A DNA stretch of 64,000 bases from Octopus vulgaris. Taxonomy: Eukaryota. The stretch lies in contig OX597815.1 of NCBI GenBank assembly GCA_951406725.2, positions 91,140,001-91,204,000 of the forward strand, given 5' to 3'. This document shows positions 23,614-36,068 of this stretch, in pieces (positions within the stretch are counted from its first letter, which is position 1; every line of letters starts with the position of its first letter). Made by a program: the position numbers and the translations under genes. The notes below the pieces were generated by a model that did not search any database, was not told the origin of the DNA, and saw only the letters and a program-made list of their open reading frames with translations.

Positions 23614-24285
23614 AACATATTAACAAATGAGTGTACATGTATGCACTTTGTATTGAAGAGGAAACATGAGTGGCCAATGTTGGTTTTGTGTATGCGCGCG
23701 CATCTGAATATCTGTGTACATGTGCATGTGTGCACGTGAGTGTGCGAATATTTATTATCATCATCATTATCATTATCATGATCAACCACTCCTTCCTCTT
23801 TCTTGTCATTATCCTGACTTTCACTTTGACCACCAGTAACATTTTCCTTATCAATTTTGTACTAACATGGCCAATAGTTGTCTGGAATAAAGACTCTTTC
23901 TCTGTATTCTAAAACTTGCAACATTTCATCTAGTTGGCTCAGCTGTGTTTTAAAAGTCAATTTGATTTCCTCTTTTGTGTTTATTTGGTATTACTGTAGC
24001 CTATTCTGTTATTTTGAGGTGAGGCAATGAGTAACAAGTACTTCCATATCTCATATATTCTCTACTACCATCTCTCAAAATTAAGGTAGCTACATAAACC
24101 TTTTATATCACATGTCAGTACAAGGTCAGATATTTCCCTTCTATATGCTTATTGATATTTTTTGATAATCCAAGTCATTTATCAATCTGTTTATACCTAG
24201 GGGGTTCATAAGAGAGTTGGGATAAGTCAATTGTTGTAGACTATAACCAAAGCAGCAACAATGCTACTTTGCTCTAATCCATATT

Positions 24286-24489
24286 GGTTTCAAATTTTGG
24301 CACAAGGCCAGCAACTAGAGGGAATGGGAAAGAGAATGTCATTTACATTGACCTCAGTGCTTAATTGGTACTTATTTTATTGACCCCCAGGAGGATGAAA
24401 GGCAAAGTCAACCTTGGTAAAATTTGAACTCAGATAAAATGCTGCAAAATTTTACCCAACATGGTAACGATTCTGCCATCTCGTCACCT
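24286..24489 (-). mobile_element. SINE-B
   Basis: Reverse complement of 23400-23613 (TGGTTTCAAATTTTGG...GGATGAAAGGCAAAGTCAACC...TTCTGCCA). Confidence 0.8.
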
Positions 24490-24522
24490 TATTTGTTTTA
24501 TTTCATATTTTCAAAAGAATAG

Positions 24523-24650
24523 TGTTGTGTAACACTTTCGATGTACGATATAACGATGATAAATAACGTCCTCGCAAATAGTCCTACTCAAGATACACAA
24601 TACTTGTAATTACACTCGACAATATGCAACCCTCAGCTTTACACAACTCT
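24523..24650 (-). mobile_element. Gypsy 3' LTR remnant
   Basis: Starts TG; colinear with 29963-30090 (TCCTCGCAAAT...TCAAGATACACAATACTTGTAATTACACTCG...GCAACCCTC). Confidence 0.85.
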
Positions 24651-26257
24651 ATTTCTTTTATTTAGACACATGGCCTTTATAAAGAGGGGACACCACAAGG
24701 ACAGACAAAACAAGACACTGGGTACATATAAATATATATCGTATGAATTATAAATATGAGGAAAATGAGGATGAAATGGCTTACTTGCCCCCCCCCCCAC
24801 AGATTTACTTTACAGTCTCGCATTTTTTAACACAAAATTACGACAAATACTGTACTATATCGTCAAAAATTACAACAGGCGGCAGCTTGTATCTATACTG
24901 AAGCGGTGTTATTTCAACTCTTTATTTTTCTTTAAATAGTTCTACTAACCTCTCCCCTCTTTCTCTCTCCAACAGCACACTCTTCTTACCTTCATGGTTT
25001 GCCATTTTCACTCTGATAACATTTTTCATTTTAACAATTTCGACGCTTTTTTCATATACGATGAGGCTTCTTCAGTTTCTCTCTGTAGGTATCATTATGA
25101 TATCCTTCACCACTCTCTTCGTCCGTCATAAATACCTCTGTCTCTAATTCGCTATCTCTTTCGTTTCCTTCCTTCTTTCGTACTCTTTCTTCCTTGCTTG
25201 CTGAAGGCGACGGTTCGTGCGTTCGCACATCACTTGATTTTTCATTTGATTTTCCAATTTTTCTCTTTTCATTCTTGTTCTCCTCTTCGTTTGTCTTTCC
25301 TTTTTTTCTCCTTGGGGCTTTTTGGTGGTGATTCTAAGTTCTTTTTTCTTTTCACCACCGTAAATTGCTCCTCCATTTTCTCCTCCTCTACGACTGTACT
25401 CTCTTCTTCTTGAATTTCTTTTTCTGTTATTTCCTCTTCGTGTTTCTGAGGAGACTTGGCCTTCATGTGTCCCCTTACTCCACACAAAAAATATATTGGA
25501 AGTCTACCCTCCACAACAATCTTCAATTTAGTCTCATCCGGCAAAATCAGCTCTTCCACAATCTTATGGAGGTCTGGTAGGCTTATATGGACTGTTACCT
25601 GTAGCCCATATCCCCACCAGTTCACCTCCGTAGTTTTGGACATTTTCAAAATTTCTGCATCTTCCTCTGTATGGTAGAGGATGGCTGCCACCAGCCATGC
25701 CTCGTCAATTTCAGGAGTCACTCTACCTATCTTTACTCTGGCCGCACGTTTGCCACAGTAAGCAGATAGCAGAGCTCGCTCAGCCGATCTCAAGGCCACA
25801 GTGGAGCACTTCCCCGCCGCTTACAAAGCACACTCCCACCGTGCCGAACTTCCGTCCTCCGGTGTAGAACGTGGTAAAGTTCTTCACCTCTCTCAAACAC
25901 CCCGACCACCAGCACCGCTGCCACCTCCAACTTCCTCACTGCCATGTTCAACGCTGCGCAGATAATAGTTCCCCTCTCGGCACTTTCAATAACTTCTTCA
26001 ACAAGTCACTACACCTCTCGAAATTCCTGTCCCCAACTTCCACTTTACGAACCCGCAGTAGCTCCGCTGACAGGCCCACGCCCGTCACTGCAGCACAACT
26101 GCCCACCTGCACCGGTCCACCACTCACTATTTCACCCACAAATGGGGAAGACAAATAAAAATTCCAACAAATTCAACAACAATGCAACAATTCAGGAAAC
26201 AACAGGCCAACAACTACAGTGCTCACACTTCAACTCACTCAAATACAACGACGCGGA
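24651..26257 (-). mobile_element. ORF1-only retroelement, copy A (~1.6 kb, frameshifted)
   Basis: TSD TTTACACA(A/G)CTCT at 24638-24650 and 26258-26270; ORF pieces 25948-26154 and 25269-25799 with RVKIGRVTPEIDEAWL, VVEGRLPIYFLCGVRGHMKAKSP; AATAAA/A-rich 3' end; no APE or RT. Confidence 0.85.
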
Positions 26258-26270
26258 TTTACACAGCTCT

Positions 26271-27760
26271 CTTTCTTTATTATGGCCACAAGGGCTCAAA
26301 GTAGAGGGGGGTGACAAGAACAGACAGGACACCACAGAGGGGACAATACATAAAACGAATATGAATGAGATGATTATATAACAACGAGATTATGAATGGC
26401 TGCATGCGCTCCTCATCACATGCAGTACCATTAAGCTTGTTTACAGTCCATTATTATCGGGTATTTACATAACAACTAATTAACATGTAACATACCATTG
26501 CAAGTCGCCAATCTGTATATTCTCCAACGGTCCACATAGGATTCTTGATGCATTGTCTTTCCAATAAAAAGTCTTATTACTCGCTATCCATTGATTGAGG
26601 ACTATCTAAAAGACAGTCCTTTATTAACGGTATCACGTCATCCCAGTCAATTACTGGTTCCAACTTTTCAAACTCGACTTTAAACTGTACCTTTCCCAAA
26701 TCGCACCTTTTTTTTTAACTCCTCATAGCAATTCGGTTCTATTATTATTGCTTTAGTTCCATCGTTACCCTCACCCTTAGGTAATTTTACCCGTGTCACT
26801 GGCTTCATTTTCAGGAGCTCTGCTTCTATATGTATACTCCTTTGGTATTCTACATAATACCATCTCTTCTTCGTCTGGTTTTCACTCCCTCCTTCATTCC
26901 TTTTTCCTTCACCTCTCTTCAACTTCACTTTCAGAGGAGACACTTTCAAACTTTCCTCTTCTGTCTATCTTATCACCAATTTTTTCTCCATTACATCCCA
27001 TCGCCTCTTTTTTCTTTTTCAGCTTCTCCGATGGAGAACCCCTTCTACTTATTCTTTTCCGCGGTTTCACCTCCACGAATTTCTCCTTCTGTATCCACTG
27101 TTTCAGCTTCTTCTCCGTACTCTTCCACTGTTGCCTCTCTCTGTGTCGAACTCTCCTCCCTCTCTTTTTCCTTGCTTCGGGGGCAGTCCGCATTTTTGTG
27201 TCTTCTTTCGCTACACAAAAAACATTTCAAAGGCCTGCCCTCTACCACCACATTCAACTTGTTTCGTTCGGGCAATACTATTTCTTCAGTTATGGAATTC
27301 AGGTCTTCCAGGGTAGCTTGAATTTTCATTTCTAGCCCGTATTCCCAAAAGTTCACCTTTTGAGTTCTTGTTGCCTTAAATATTTTCGGATTCTGTTTTA
27401 TATGGAATAAGACTGCCGCCATAATCCACGTCTCGTCGTATTCGGGTGGGATTTTAACCACCCTTACTCTCACCATTCTTTTCCGCAGTACCTCAGTAGG
27501 AAAGCCCATTCGTCGTTCCTAATCACGTCTACTGCATGCTCTGCTGCTACTTCCTCAGATGCGAACCTGACTTCTACCACTCCGAATTTCTGACCTCTCG
27601 TTACAAACGTCGCCAGGTGTTTAATATTTTTTAGTATTTTTTCTATACTCTCAGTTGTCGCGGTTTCAATTTTTCCTGTGGATGATTTTAACGTTTTGTA
27701 CAGGACCGTCCTTTTTTGTAAACTTTCCGAAAATTCCTTTGGCGGTACCAGAGAGAATGC
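26271..27760 (-). mobile_element. ORF1-only retroelement, copy B (5' end lost, fused to Gypsy pol)
   Basis: ORFs 27470-27781, 27045-27509 (RVRVVKIPPEYDETWI, VVEGRPLKCFLCSERRHKNADCP), 26680-26949; 3' end GGCCATAATAAAGAAAG abuts the TSD of copy A. Confidence 0.85.
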
Positions 27761-29947
27761 TGTTCTTTTGTACAGTCCCATTTAGTGTATTTCTTTAACA
27801 AATTATTCAACAGAGCTCTTAGCTCATACATTTCAGGTATGTACAGCTGGTAATAACTTACCAGACCTAAAAATGCTTGTAATATTTTTGTTAGTGGGAG
27901 CAGACATATTTTTTATCACGTCAACCCTAGAAGGGTCCGTTTTCATCGATCATCTGTCCCAAATACTTCATTTTTGTTTTAAAAAATTCGCGTTTCTTTT
28001 CACTTAAATCCATAGTAGCTTATTCTTTTAAAAATATTTTTATAGGTTCAATATGCTGGTCCCTCGATTCACTTTTGATCAATATGTCATCCAAGTACGG
28101 GACTGCAAACTCACAGTCTGCTAACATAGTGTCCATCATTTGTTGAAATATTGTCGGTGCGACCTTAACTCCAAATGTCAGTTTTTTGAAACGGTAGAAA
28201 CCTTTATGGGTATTAATTGTTGATACCTTAACACATTCCTCATCTACCAGTAATTGGAGGTAGGCCTCTGACAAATCCAGCTTGGAAAAAGTTTTCCCAC
28301 CATTGCACTTAGCAAATATTTCTTCTGGCCTTGGAAGCGGATAGTTGTAATTTTTTAAACAATCATTTAGACCTCTCATTTTGTTGTTTTTCTTTTTTAT
28401 ATATGCAGTAGGAGCCACCCACTCTGAGTAGTCTACTTTTCCAATTACCCCCAGGTCTTCCAACCTTTTTAGTTCCTTCTCAACTTGATTTAACGCGCAT
28501 TCCTTTTCGATTTGAACACCGGCATCGCATTTTCTTTCAACTCAAACTTTACTTTGATTTTTTTTTTTACATGTTCCGAGCTCCTTCGGGAACACATCAG
28601 AGTACATCTTTAATTTTAATTTTTCCGACGCATTATCTGACACGAACTGTGACACATTCACCTTATTACATAATGTATTCAATGGTAGATCCCACAGGTT
28701 GAATTCTTTCATTAAATCTGTCCCGAACAGATTCATTGTATTTTTAGATACCATTATTTTACTTTTCCACGTCATTTCTTTAAGTTTTATTTCTGGCGAA
28801 ATTTCGCCCAAGAATTAAACCACTTCTTCCGGCACACCGTGATCTATCTTAGTAGTTTGTTTTTTGTTTTGTTTTGTATGCCGGTCTTCCTATCTTAATC
28901 CATGTTGCCGTATTAATTATCGATACATCTGAACCGGTATCTAATTGCATTTTCTTCTGCAAACCATTTATTTTTACCGACACAAATTTTCGGTTTTCTA
29001 TGGTATAATTTATTTTTGTTAAGTTGACTTTCTTCGGTTTCTCATTTTTTACATCTTTCTTCAACAAGCGCCCAGTTTTACCGCACTTAAAACATTTTTG
29101 ATCTTTAAAGGGGCAATCTTTCTTAAAAAGCATGTCTCCGCAACCATAGCACGTTTTGGATTTATCTGTCTTTTTTTCTTTCGATACTTTCTTTACACGT
29201 TTGTACGCTATTATTATTATTATCATCTTCTATTTTTCTTGCATCTTCTTGAATATTTATTATCTCTTGGCATTCCTCAGCCACTTTCTGCAAAGTTAGT
29301 TCAACATCTTGCTTCAACTTTGATAATGTTCATTTTCTAATTTTCGCGTCTTCTGTTGCCACAAGCCCTTTAACGAATATTGGGCACTTGAACAGATCTG
29401 GCGTTAATTCTCCAAGCTTTATTAACAATACTGGCATATGTTACAAAGTCGTCTGACTCATCTTTAAATTTAAACATTCCCAATGGATGTTAAATAGCGA
29501 ACGTTTTTCGCTAAAAATATTAGTCAGAATATTTATCGTTTCATCAAAATACAATTCCGCGGGCTCTCTCGGCAAAATAAAGTTACAAAAACTTTTGTGT
29601 TCCGGAGGAGTAAGTTTTCGAAAAAGGAACCTTACTTCCTTTCACTAGACCATCCTTTGCATTCCTCTCTGAATATGTTTCCGTATCGTCTGTAATACGC
29701 GGTAAAGGTAGTTCCTTCATCCGGTTTGTACTGAAATTCTTCGATGGAGTTTGCAACACCGTCTGCTGAAAATAATTCTATCGTATTTCTCGACTGCAGT
29801 AACAACTCTGTTAACTTCTGTAGTTGCTGCTGCTGCTCTTGTTGTTTTACGACTGCTTTCAGTAACTCTTCCATTTTGGTACTATTTTCAGTTTCAATAT
29901 TGTTCGAAACCTCGATGCCACTGTTGTATCAATGGCAATACTGTCCG
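27761..29947 (-). pseudogene. Ty3/Gypsy (Mag-like) gag-protease-RT, decayed; RNase H and integrase missing
   Basis: gag FQYKPDEGTTFTAYYRRY (29632-29874), two Cys knuckles CYGCG..DCPF/CFKCGKTG, protease LDTGSDVSII, RT SEWVAP, FSKLDLSEAYLQ, YLDDILI, then LQAFLGLVSYY...LLKKYTKWDCTKE. Confidence 0.93.
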
Positions 29948-29961
29948 AATCCTCGTCGCCA
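29948..29961 (-). other. Primer-binding site of the Gypsy element
   Basis: Minus strand TGGCGACGAGGATT directly after the 5' LTR and before gag. Confidence 0.8.
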
Positions 29962-29962
29962 C

Positions 29963-30102
29963 TATTGTATTGCACATTCGATGTACAATATAATGGGATA
30001 ATAAATAGCATCCTCGCAAATCGTTCAAATCAAGATACACAATACTTGTAATTACACTCGTCAATACGCAACCCTCGGCCTTACACAGCTCACCAACTCT
30101 CT
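29963..30102 (-). mobile_element. Gypsy 5' LTR, PBS-proximal part (remainder probably 31780-~31850)
   Basis: Homologous to 24523-24650; interrupted by copy C; resumes as (CT)n then ...GTGGCACA. Confidence 0.85.
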
Positions 30103-31779
30103 TTTTCATTTTATTGGCCACTGTGGGTCCAACACAGAGGGGACGAACAAAGACAAATGACACAAAGTGGGGTCAGAAAACATAAACGAATGAATGAAAT
30201 GAATTTATATAATGAATGAGGGTGTAATGGTTACTTGAGCCCCACTCTCGAGTAGTACCATTTAACTATTTTTTACACTAATGTTTATCAAACTATAATT
30301 ACCGTATTAGATCATATACTGTCTCAAATGTTCAGATTCCACCGCGGGAGGTAATCATATCTCACCTCCCGTCCTGGTGGGTCTAAGTCATTGCCAAAAA
30401 TTCCTTTTAATTTATTATGATTGTTCATGTCTATTAATATGCATTTCATGCCCGGTACGCACCATTCTTCAGGCAGTTCAACTCTTATTATCGATTTGAT
30501 TTTTGCAATTTTTTTCATTGGCTATGTCCGTCATATAGTTCGTCAGATGTGCCCTACTTCTATGACTGGCCTGTGATGTTTGTGTGCCTGCTTGTGTGTC
30601 TATATGTGCTTCTACTAGTGTATGCTTATCTGGACATTCTGGGATGTCTGTGGTTTTCTTGGGTGTTTGCGGTGGTATGGTAGACTGTGTGGGTGCTTGT
30701 ATGCTACTTCTTTCTTTTTCTTTTTGTTCGGATTCTTCGGCGGGGGGAGGGTTTTTTAGGTCCTTCCTCTTTCTATTTTGTATCTCCTGGAATCCCTTGT
30801 CTCTGCTTTCTACATTTGATTCTTCCATAGTTTCCTGTATCTTCTCTGTTGTTGTTCTCTTCTTGCTTTTCCTCCGCTGGTATCTGGTTGTTAAAAAGGG
30901 GCAGCTCGCCTTTATGTGCCCCCCTCTTTCTGCAGTGGAAACAGCTTCACTTCTGGTAGCTCTATTTCTTCTACAATTTCTTGTAAGTCCAGTGAGGCGG
31001 CCTGGATTATAACTTCCATGTCATATCCAACCAGTTCATTTGCTTTGTCCGACTTACCTGCAGCACTCCTGGATCCTCTTTTGTCCCTGTTAAGGTTGCT
31101 GCAAGTAGCCACATCTCGGCAATCTCGGGGGTGCACCCTGTCAATCCTCACTCTTGCCATTCGTTTACCGAGATAGGTTGGAAGAAGTAAGTGCCCATTC
31201 TTTCGTTCTCGATGCTGTAGGGGAGTGTTTTACTGCCTCCTCTATGGTAAGAAAGTGCACCTCCACTGTGCCGAATTTTCTCCCTCAGCAGAAAAATTTA
31301 ATGTCGCTCTTTATTTCTTCCAAGCACTCTTCTATTGCTTCCTCACTAGCTATCTCTATTTTCTTGCTTGTACGTGACATGGGTTATATACATCATTATC
31401 TTTTTATTTTTCTTTCTTGTTACATTTTCCGGGGTGGTCAATTTTAGTCTTGACCTCTCTCTTTGAATTAATTCCTTGCTGCTTTTTAATATTTCTAAAT
31501 CCACAGGTACTTCCTTCACTTCCAGCTGGTTAACAGCTAAATCCTCACAACCTGCTACTGAAGCGTAGCTCCCAACACATGTTTGCAACACTTCCATAGC
31601 TTACTGCTATTTTCGCCCCCACTGGGGGAGAAATTAATAGCAAAAGCAAGGAATACAACAATCAATCAACAATGGTTTAACAGTTCTGACAATAGGTAAC
31701 CCCACTAGAGAGGACCTTCAACAAAGGATAACCTATCCGCAACAATAACTGATTCAACACTGAACAACACAGTTCAAGG
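30103..31779 (-). mobile_element. ORF1-only retroelement, copy C (~1.7 kb, frameshifted)
   Basis: TSD TCACCAACTCTCT (30090-30102) / TCGCCGACTCTCT (31780-31792), both mismatches CpG-type; GSYASVAG start region, RVRIDRVHP, knuckle CFHCRKRGHIKASCP across a G-run frameshift; GGCCAATAAAA 3' end; no ORF2. Confidence 0.85.
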
Positions 31780-31785
31780 TCGCCG

Positions 31786-31816
<31 letters not shown>

Positions 31817-33329
31817 TTCTGCGCATGTCCATTTATATTGTGGCACAGTACATTAGGAGCCAACCAAATTGGGGTGTTCTACTTTCACACAACAAATAGC
31901 AAGGCCCAAAACTTTAGTGTTCACACCATGGACTAACTCTTACCAACACAGTTCATCAATTTCCTCAAATTCCTGATTTTACCATACTTGCACATGACAT
32001 GTGCCTTAAGCCAATAGCAGTCATAAGAAGACTAATACAGCTCATATTATAAATCAAAACGGTTGTATTTAACACATTTCCCTTGTATAAATCCAATATA
32101 AACATACACAGTGGAAGTTTCAAAACAGATTCAGTCAAAAGGATACAACATTACCCAGGGGATTAGTTTTTGTAGTTTATCTAATGAAAATCAATAGCTC
32201 CTATTATTTTCCAAACTATATTCAAGGAAGGATTTAAACAGCAAAACAAACCATTTGTCAATTATAAAGTAAACCATATTTTTATGGTGAGTCGCATGAT
32301 AAATCTGATACATATTCACAACTAAGGAGATGAATACAGCATGAGTCATATCTCATGTTTAGTGTGGGCCCATAAATCCATTAATTCAGCTAGCTGCAAT
32401 TCTGACTGCAATGCTGTATTAATACTAACATTCTGAATACTAATATAGGTATGTGTATTAAAATTCTGGTTTTTCTTTAGAGTCTGTACTATTCTTTCTT
32501 TTTCATTTCAAGATTTTAAAATGTTTATTCAAATTTTATTGACTAAAAGTTGAATTTTTTTTACCAATCCTAGATTCTTGAAAATACAAAATAACTGTTT
32601 TTTTCTTATTAATTACTACAATATCTTCACAAAATATATGAGAAGAATTAATTATTTTATGGCGATAACCATAATTGACAGAGAAAAATATTTAAAAATC
32701 CTATAATGAACTTTTAAAACTTTTAATGATTTTAATTAAGCTCTATCTAATATTGTTTCTTTTTACAGATACGATAATTTTTGTTATAGAGTTGAGTCTA
32801 GAAAGTTACAGGTGCTAGTATTGATAGTAATTATTTTATTAATCACCAAATAAATTAAAATTTTTAAAAATAACACTAGTGCTACAAAACTATTATTAGT
32901 AGACTCTATCTACCAACTTGTCACCAAAATTAAGATCTGATATAGAGTTATTTTAATTAAACATAATTCCAATTGTGTGGAGTAAAAGACTAAAATATAA
33001 CTTATTTTTCTCAAACCAGTATGTCAAATCAGCACCTCACTTTTCAAATGTATAAGGAAGATATGCACACACAAACACACATACAAACTCTCTTTTATAT
33101 ATATGGAAAACGAGGGGCTATTTATCTATGGAAGAAAAGGAAAGACGTTATATGTAGTGTATTGTTTGAGTACGTTGGTAAATTTTAGTAAATCTTAATC
33201 ATAAAATCTTAAACAAGTATAAAATCACTTTACCTTTCACTTGTTTAACATCTGTTGCTGGACATATTGTAAAAGTATTGACTGAGTATATGACAGTTAA
33301 TTCACTGAAGTGTATGCATTAAGTGATAG

Positions 33330-33683
33330 GAAGAAATGAAAGAACAAAGTATTAAAATTCTGTCTCTCTCACTCTCTCCCTGTCTGTCATTCTCTCTATC
33401 TGTCTATCTCTTCCTGTCTCTTCCCCTCCCTGATGTCAGGCACCCTCATTATGCCACATTTCCCTAAACCTAACACTATTGCACCCCACTCATTTTATCA
33501 TGTATTAGCCCAACCCCTGTAGTTGATCCATTATCGATTTTTTTTTAAATCCAATTAACCTGTAATTGAACAGGATGTTAGTTCAACATTTACACAAAGT
33601 TTGTTGAAGATTGGTTTGCTGGTTTGGGCATCGAGATGGTAACAGACAAACGGACAGACAGACATTGCCATTTATAATAAAGA
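33330..33683 (-). mobile_element. Possible non-autonomous Helitron-type element, 5' end (left boundary uncertain)
   Basis: Minus strand begins A|TCTTTATTATAAATGGCAATGTCTGTCTGTCCGTTTGTCTG, i.e. TC terminus followed by (GTCT)n; no clear CTRR end found. Confidence 0.4.
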
Positions 33684-35261
33684 TTACTGCAAAACCAATG
33701 GTCACTCTATGATAGCCATTAGCCATAACATTTAACTTCTTTAAAAATATATTACTGCTCTAATGCTTCTTTTTTTTTCTTTTTTTCTTTTTTGGATATA
33801 TGAAATACTGACAATATATATATATATAACTAGTGCCTATTTTATTGATCATTTAACAATTGCAAACCAAAATCATTTCTGTGTAAATTCAACTCAGAAC
33901 TAAGATGGCTGAAAATACATTGAGCCTTGAACTATACTGTCTCTGCATTGTCTGCTGGTCTATGTAAATGAGGGAGTTTCTATTTAATCACTCAATATAA
34001 CAGCCAAATTCCCCTTGTAAATTTTGTCTCTGAAGTAAGGTACACATGTTTTAAGACTTATATATTTGAACAGCATATTCCAAAGGAAAGATTGGATGTC
34101 CACAGCTAGAAACTGATTAGAAGTTTTGTTTGACCAGTTATTGCTTCCTTATAAGCTTGTTTGCTCATGTGGAAATGACAGGAAATACTTAATACTTGAA
34201 ATAAGCTATAGTTAATTCATTAGACAGTTTCTAATTTAAATGTTTGAGATATACATGGAAACTACATTATGAATTGAAACACTCACCAATTTTTAATCAG
34301 GCTTTCCACGAATACCAAGATGAATAAGAAAAAGTTATAAAATTTTGTGGCTTGTGGAGTTGGATAATAAGTTGCAAATATGTCCAGGGCTCTTGAGAGT
34401 GGGATTCAGCCAGTACATTGATCTAGGGTTCAGAGAGACAAGGAAGGTCTTGTGTCTATCTACCGGGCCCCCACACAAAAAAAAAAGAATAAGAATAATA
34501 CATAACCTCATGGCCTCCTTAAATTTTAAGAAGCCTACATATCCTGGAGCCTGAAAACAGTTTGGCTCCACCTTGCTGAATTTCTCTTGGACACCCTGGT
34601 TGAAGAGGTATCACCATGCTGTAAGAGTCTTTTTCATTGTTGATTTCTACATATTTCTTTCTGAGATATTCTTTGTGTTATTACATACTCATTTTTACTG
34701 TATGGTTATCCTGTTTCCCAATAACATATCATGCTGCTGTAGTTGAGAAATACATGCAGCAGAAATATGTTGCATCTAAACTGTCTTTCATCCTCATCGC
34801 ATAATAAATCATCACTAGATCATCACTAACTTTCTTATAGAACTGGTTCATTTCACAAGTCCACTGGAAATTCTCTCAATCGTCCCAAAATCATTTTTAT
34901 GTATGTATGCACATATCAATGTATGTATGTATGCATGTATGCATGTATGTATGTATGTATGTGTTTTTGTGTATATACGTTTGTATTAAGAGTATAATTT
35001 GACACGCTGGGTTGGGGCTTTATAGAAGTGCATTTTCTAACATCTTCAAGTAGCTCTAAAGTATTAACTGTGTGTCCTATCATTCATCACTTACTTTTGA
35101 TCTTGATGTGTTATTATATAAGCTTAGGTAAACTAGAGGAAACTGTATTATAACTTTGAAAGCAACTATTCACCTATGAAGCTCTCGTAAATAAAATATT
35201 TTCATTGCAGCAAGGATAGTGCTATGAATTTTCCATCAACACAATTTCATTTCACCATACA

Positions 35262-35459
35262 GGTATACACATACACACATATCCATGCATACATACATAC
35301 ATAAATATAATATACATAAATATAATACATACATACATATATATATGTGTGTGAGTGTGTGTGTGTATATATATATAAAGATATATATATATATACATAT
35401 ATATTTATACACATATATATATACACACACACATATACATATATATATATGTATGTATG

Positions 35460-35491
<32 letters not shown>

Positions 35492-35497
35492 TATATT
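35262..35497. repeat. Compound TA/CA microsatellite
   Basis: Direct reading. Confidence 0.95.
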
Positions 35498-35662
35498 GGT
35501 AGACTGTAGCGTTCACTTGTTAGTGAGTATGACACAGTAGCAGTTGCCATGTTTTAGCTATTTGTTTTATATGCCTAAGTATTTGCAAATAGACATAGAC
35601 CCACATTCAACCCTCTCACATTTAACTCAATAGGACACCAAGGGTGTGACAAATGGTGGATA

Positions 35663-35693
<31 letters not shown>

Positions 35694-35704
35694 CGTGCAC
35701 TCAC

Positions 35705-35818
35705 TGCTCCTCATTTTCATCTGTGATGACAACAGCAATGTGAATTAAAGAGGTTTACTCAAGGATACATGAAACCCTGACCTTATGATTGTTAGTCTAA
35801 AGCCCTAACCACTTGGAG
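35705..35818 (-). mobile_element. Degenerate tRNA/CORE-like SINE
   Basis: Minus strand CCAAGTGGTTAGGGCTTTAGACT...TCCTTGAGTAAACCTCTTTAATTCACATTGCT. Confidence 0.5.
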
Positions 35819-35837
35819 ATCTGCCTGAACTATATGT

Positions 35838-36068
35838 GTGTAGTAGTAGTAGTAGTAGTGGGGGGCAGCATCAGTGGTGGTAGCTGTTGCTATTGTATTA
35901 GTAATAGTAGCAGCAGTGGCAGCAGCAGCAGCAGAGGTGGTGGAGGTCATGATGGCTGTGGCAGCGGTAGTGGTAGGAATATTTGCAGCAGCAGTAACAA
36001 TAGTAGTAGTAGTAATAGCAGCAGCAGTAGTAGTTGTAGTAGTAGTAGTAGTAGCAGCAGCAGCAGCT
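35838..36068. repeat. (GTA)/(GCA)/(GTG) trinucleotide low-complexity tract
   Basis: Direct reading. Confidence 0.95.

Noticed and set aside
31793-31860. Exact outer end and TSD of the Gypsy provirus
   Set aside because: Two candidate CA ends; neither gives a clean match to the left flank ATAG.
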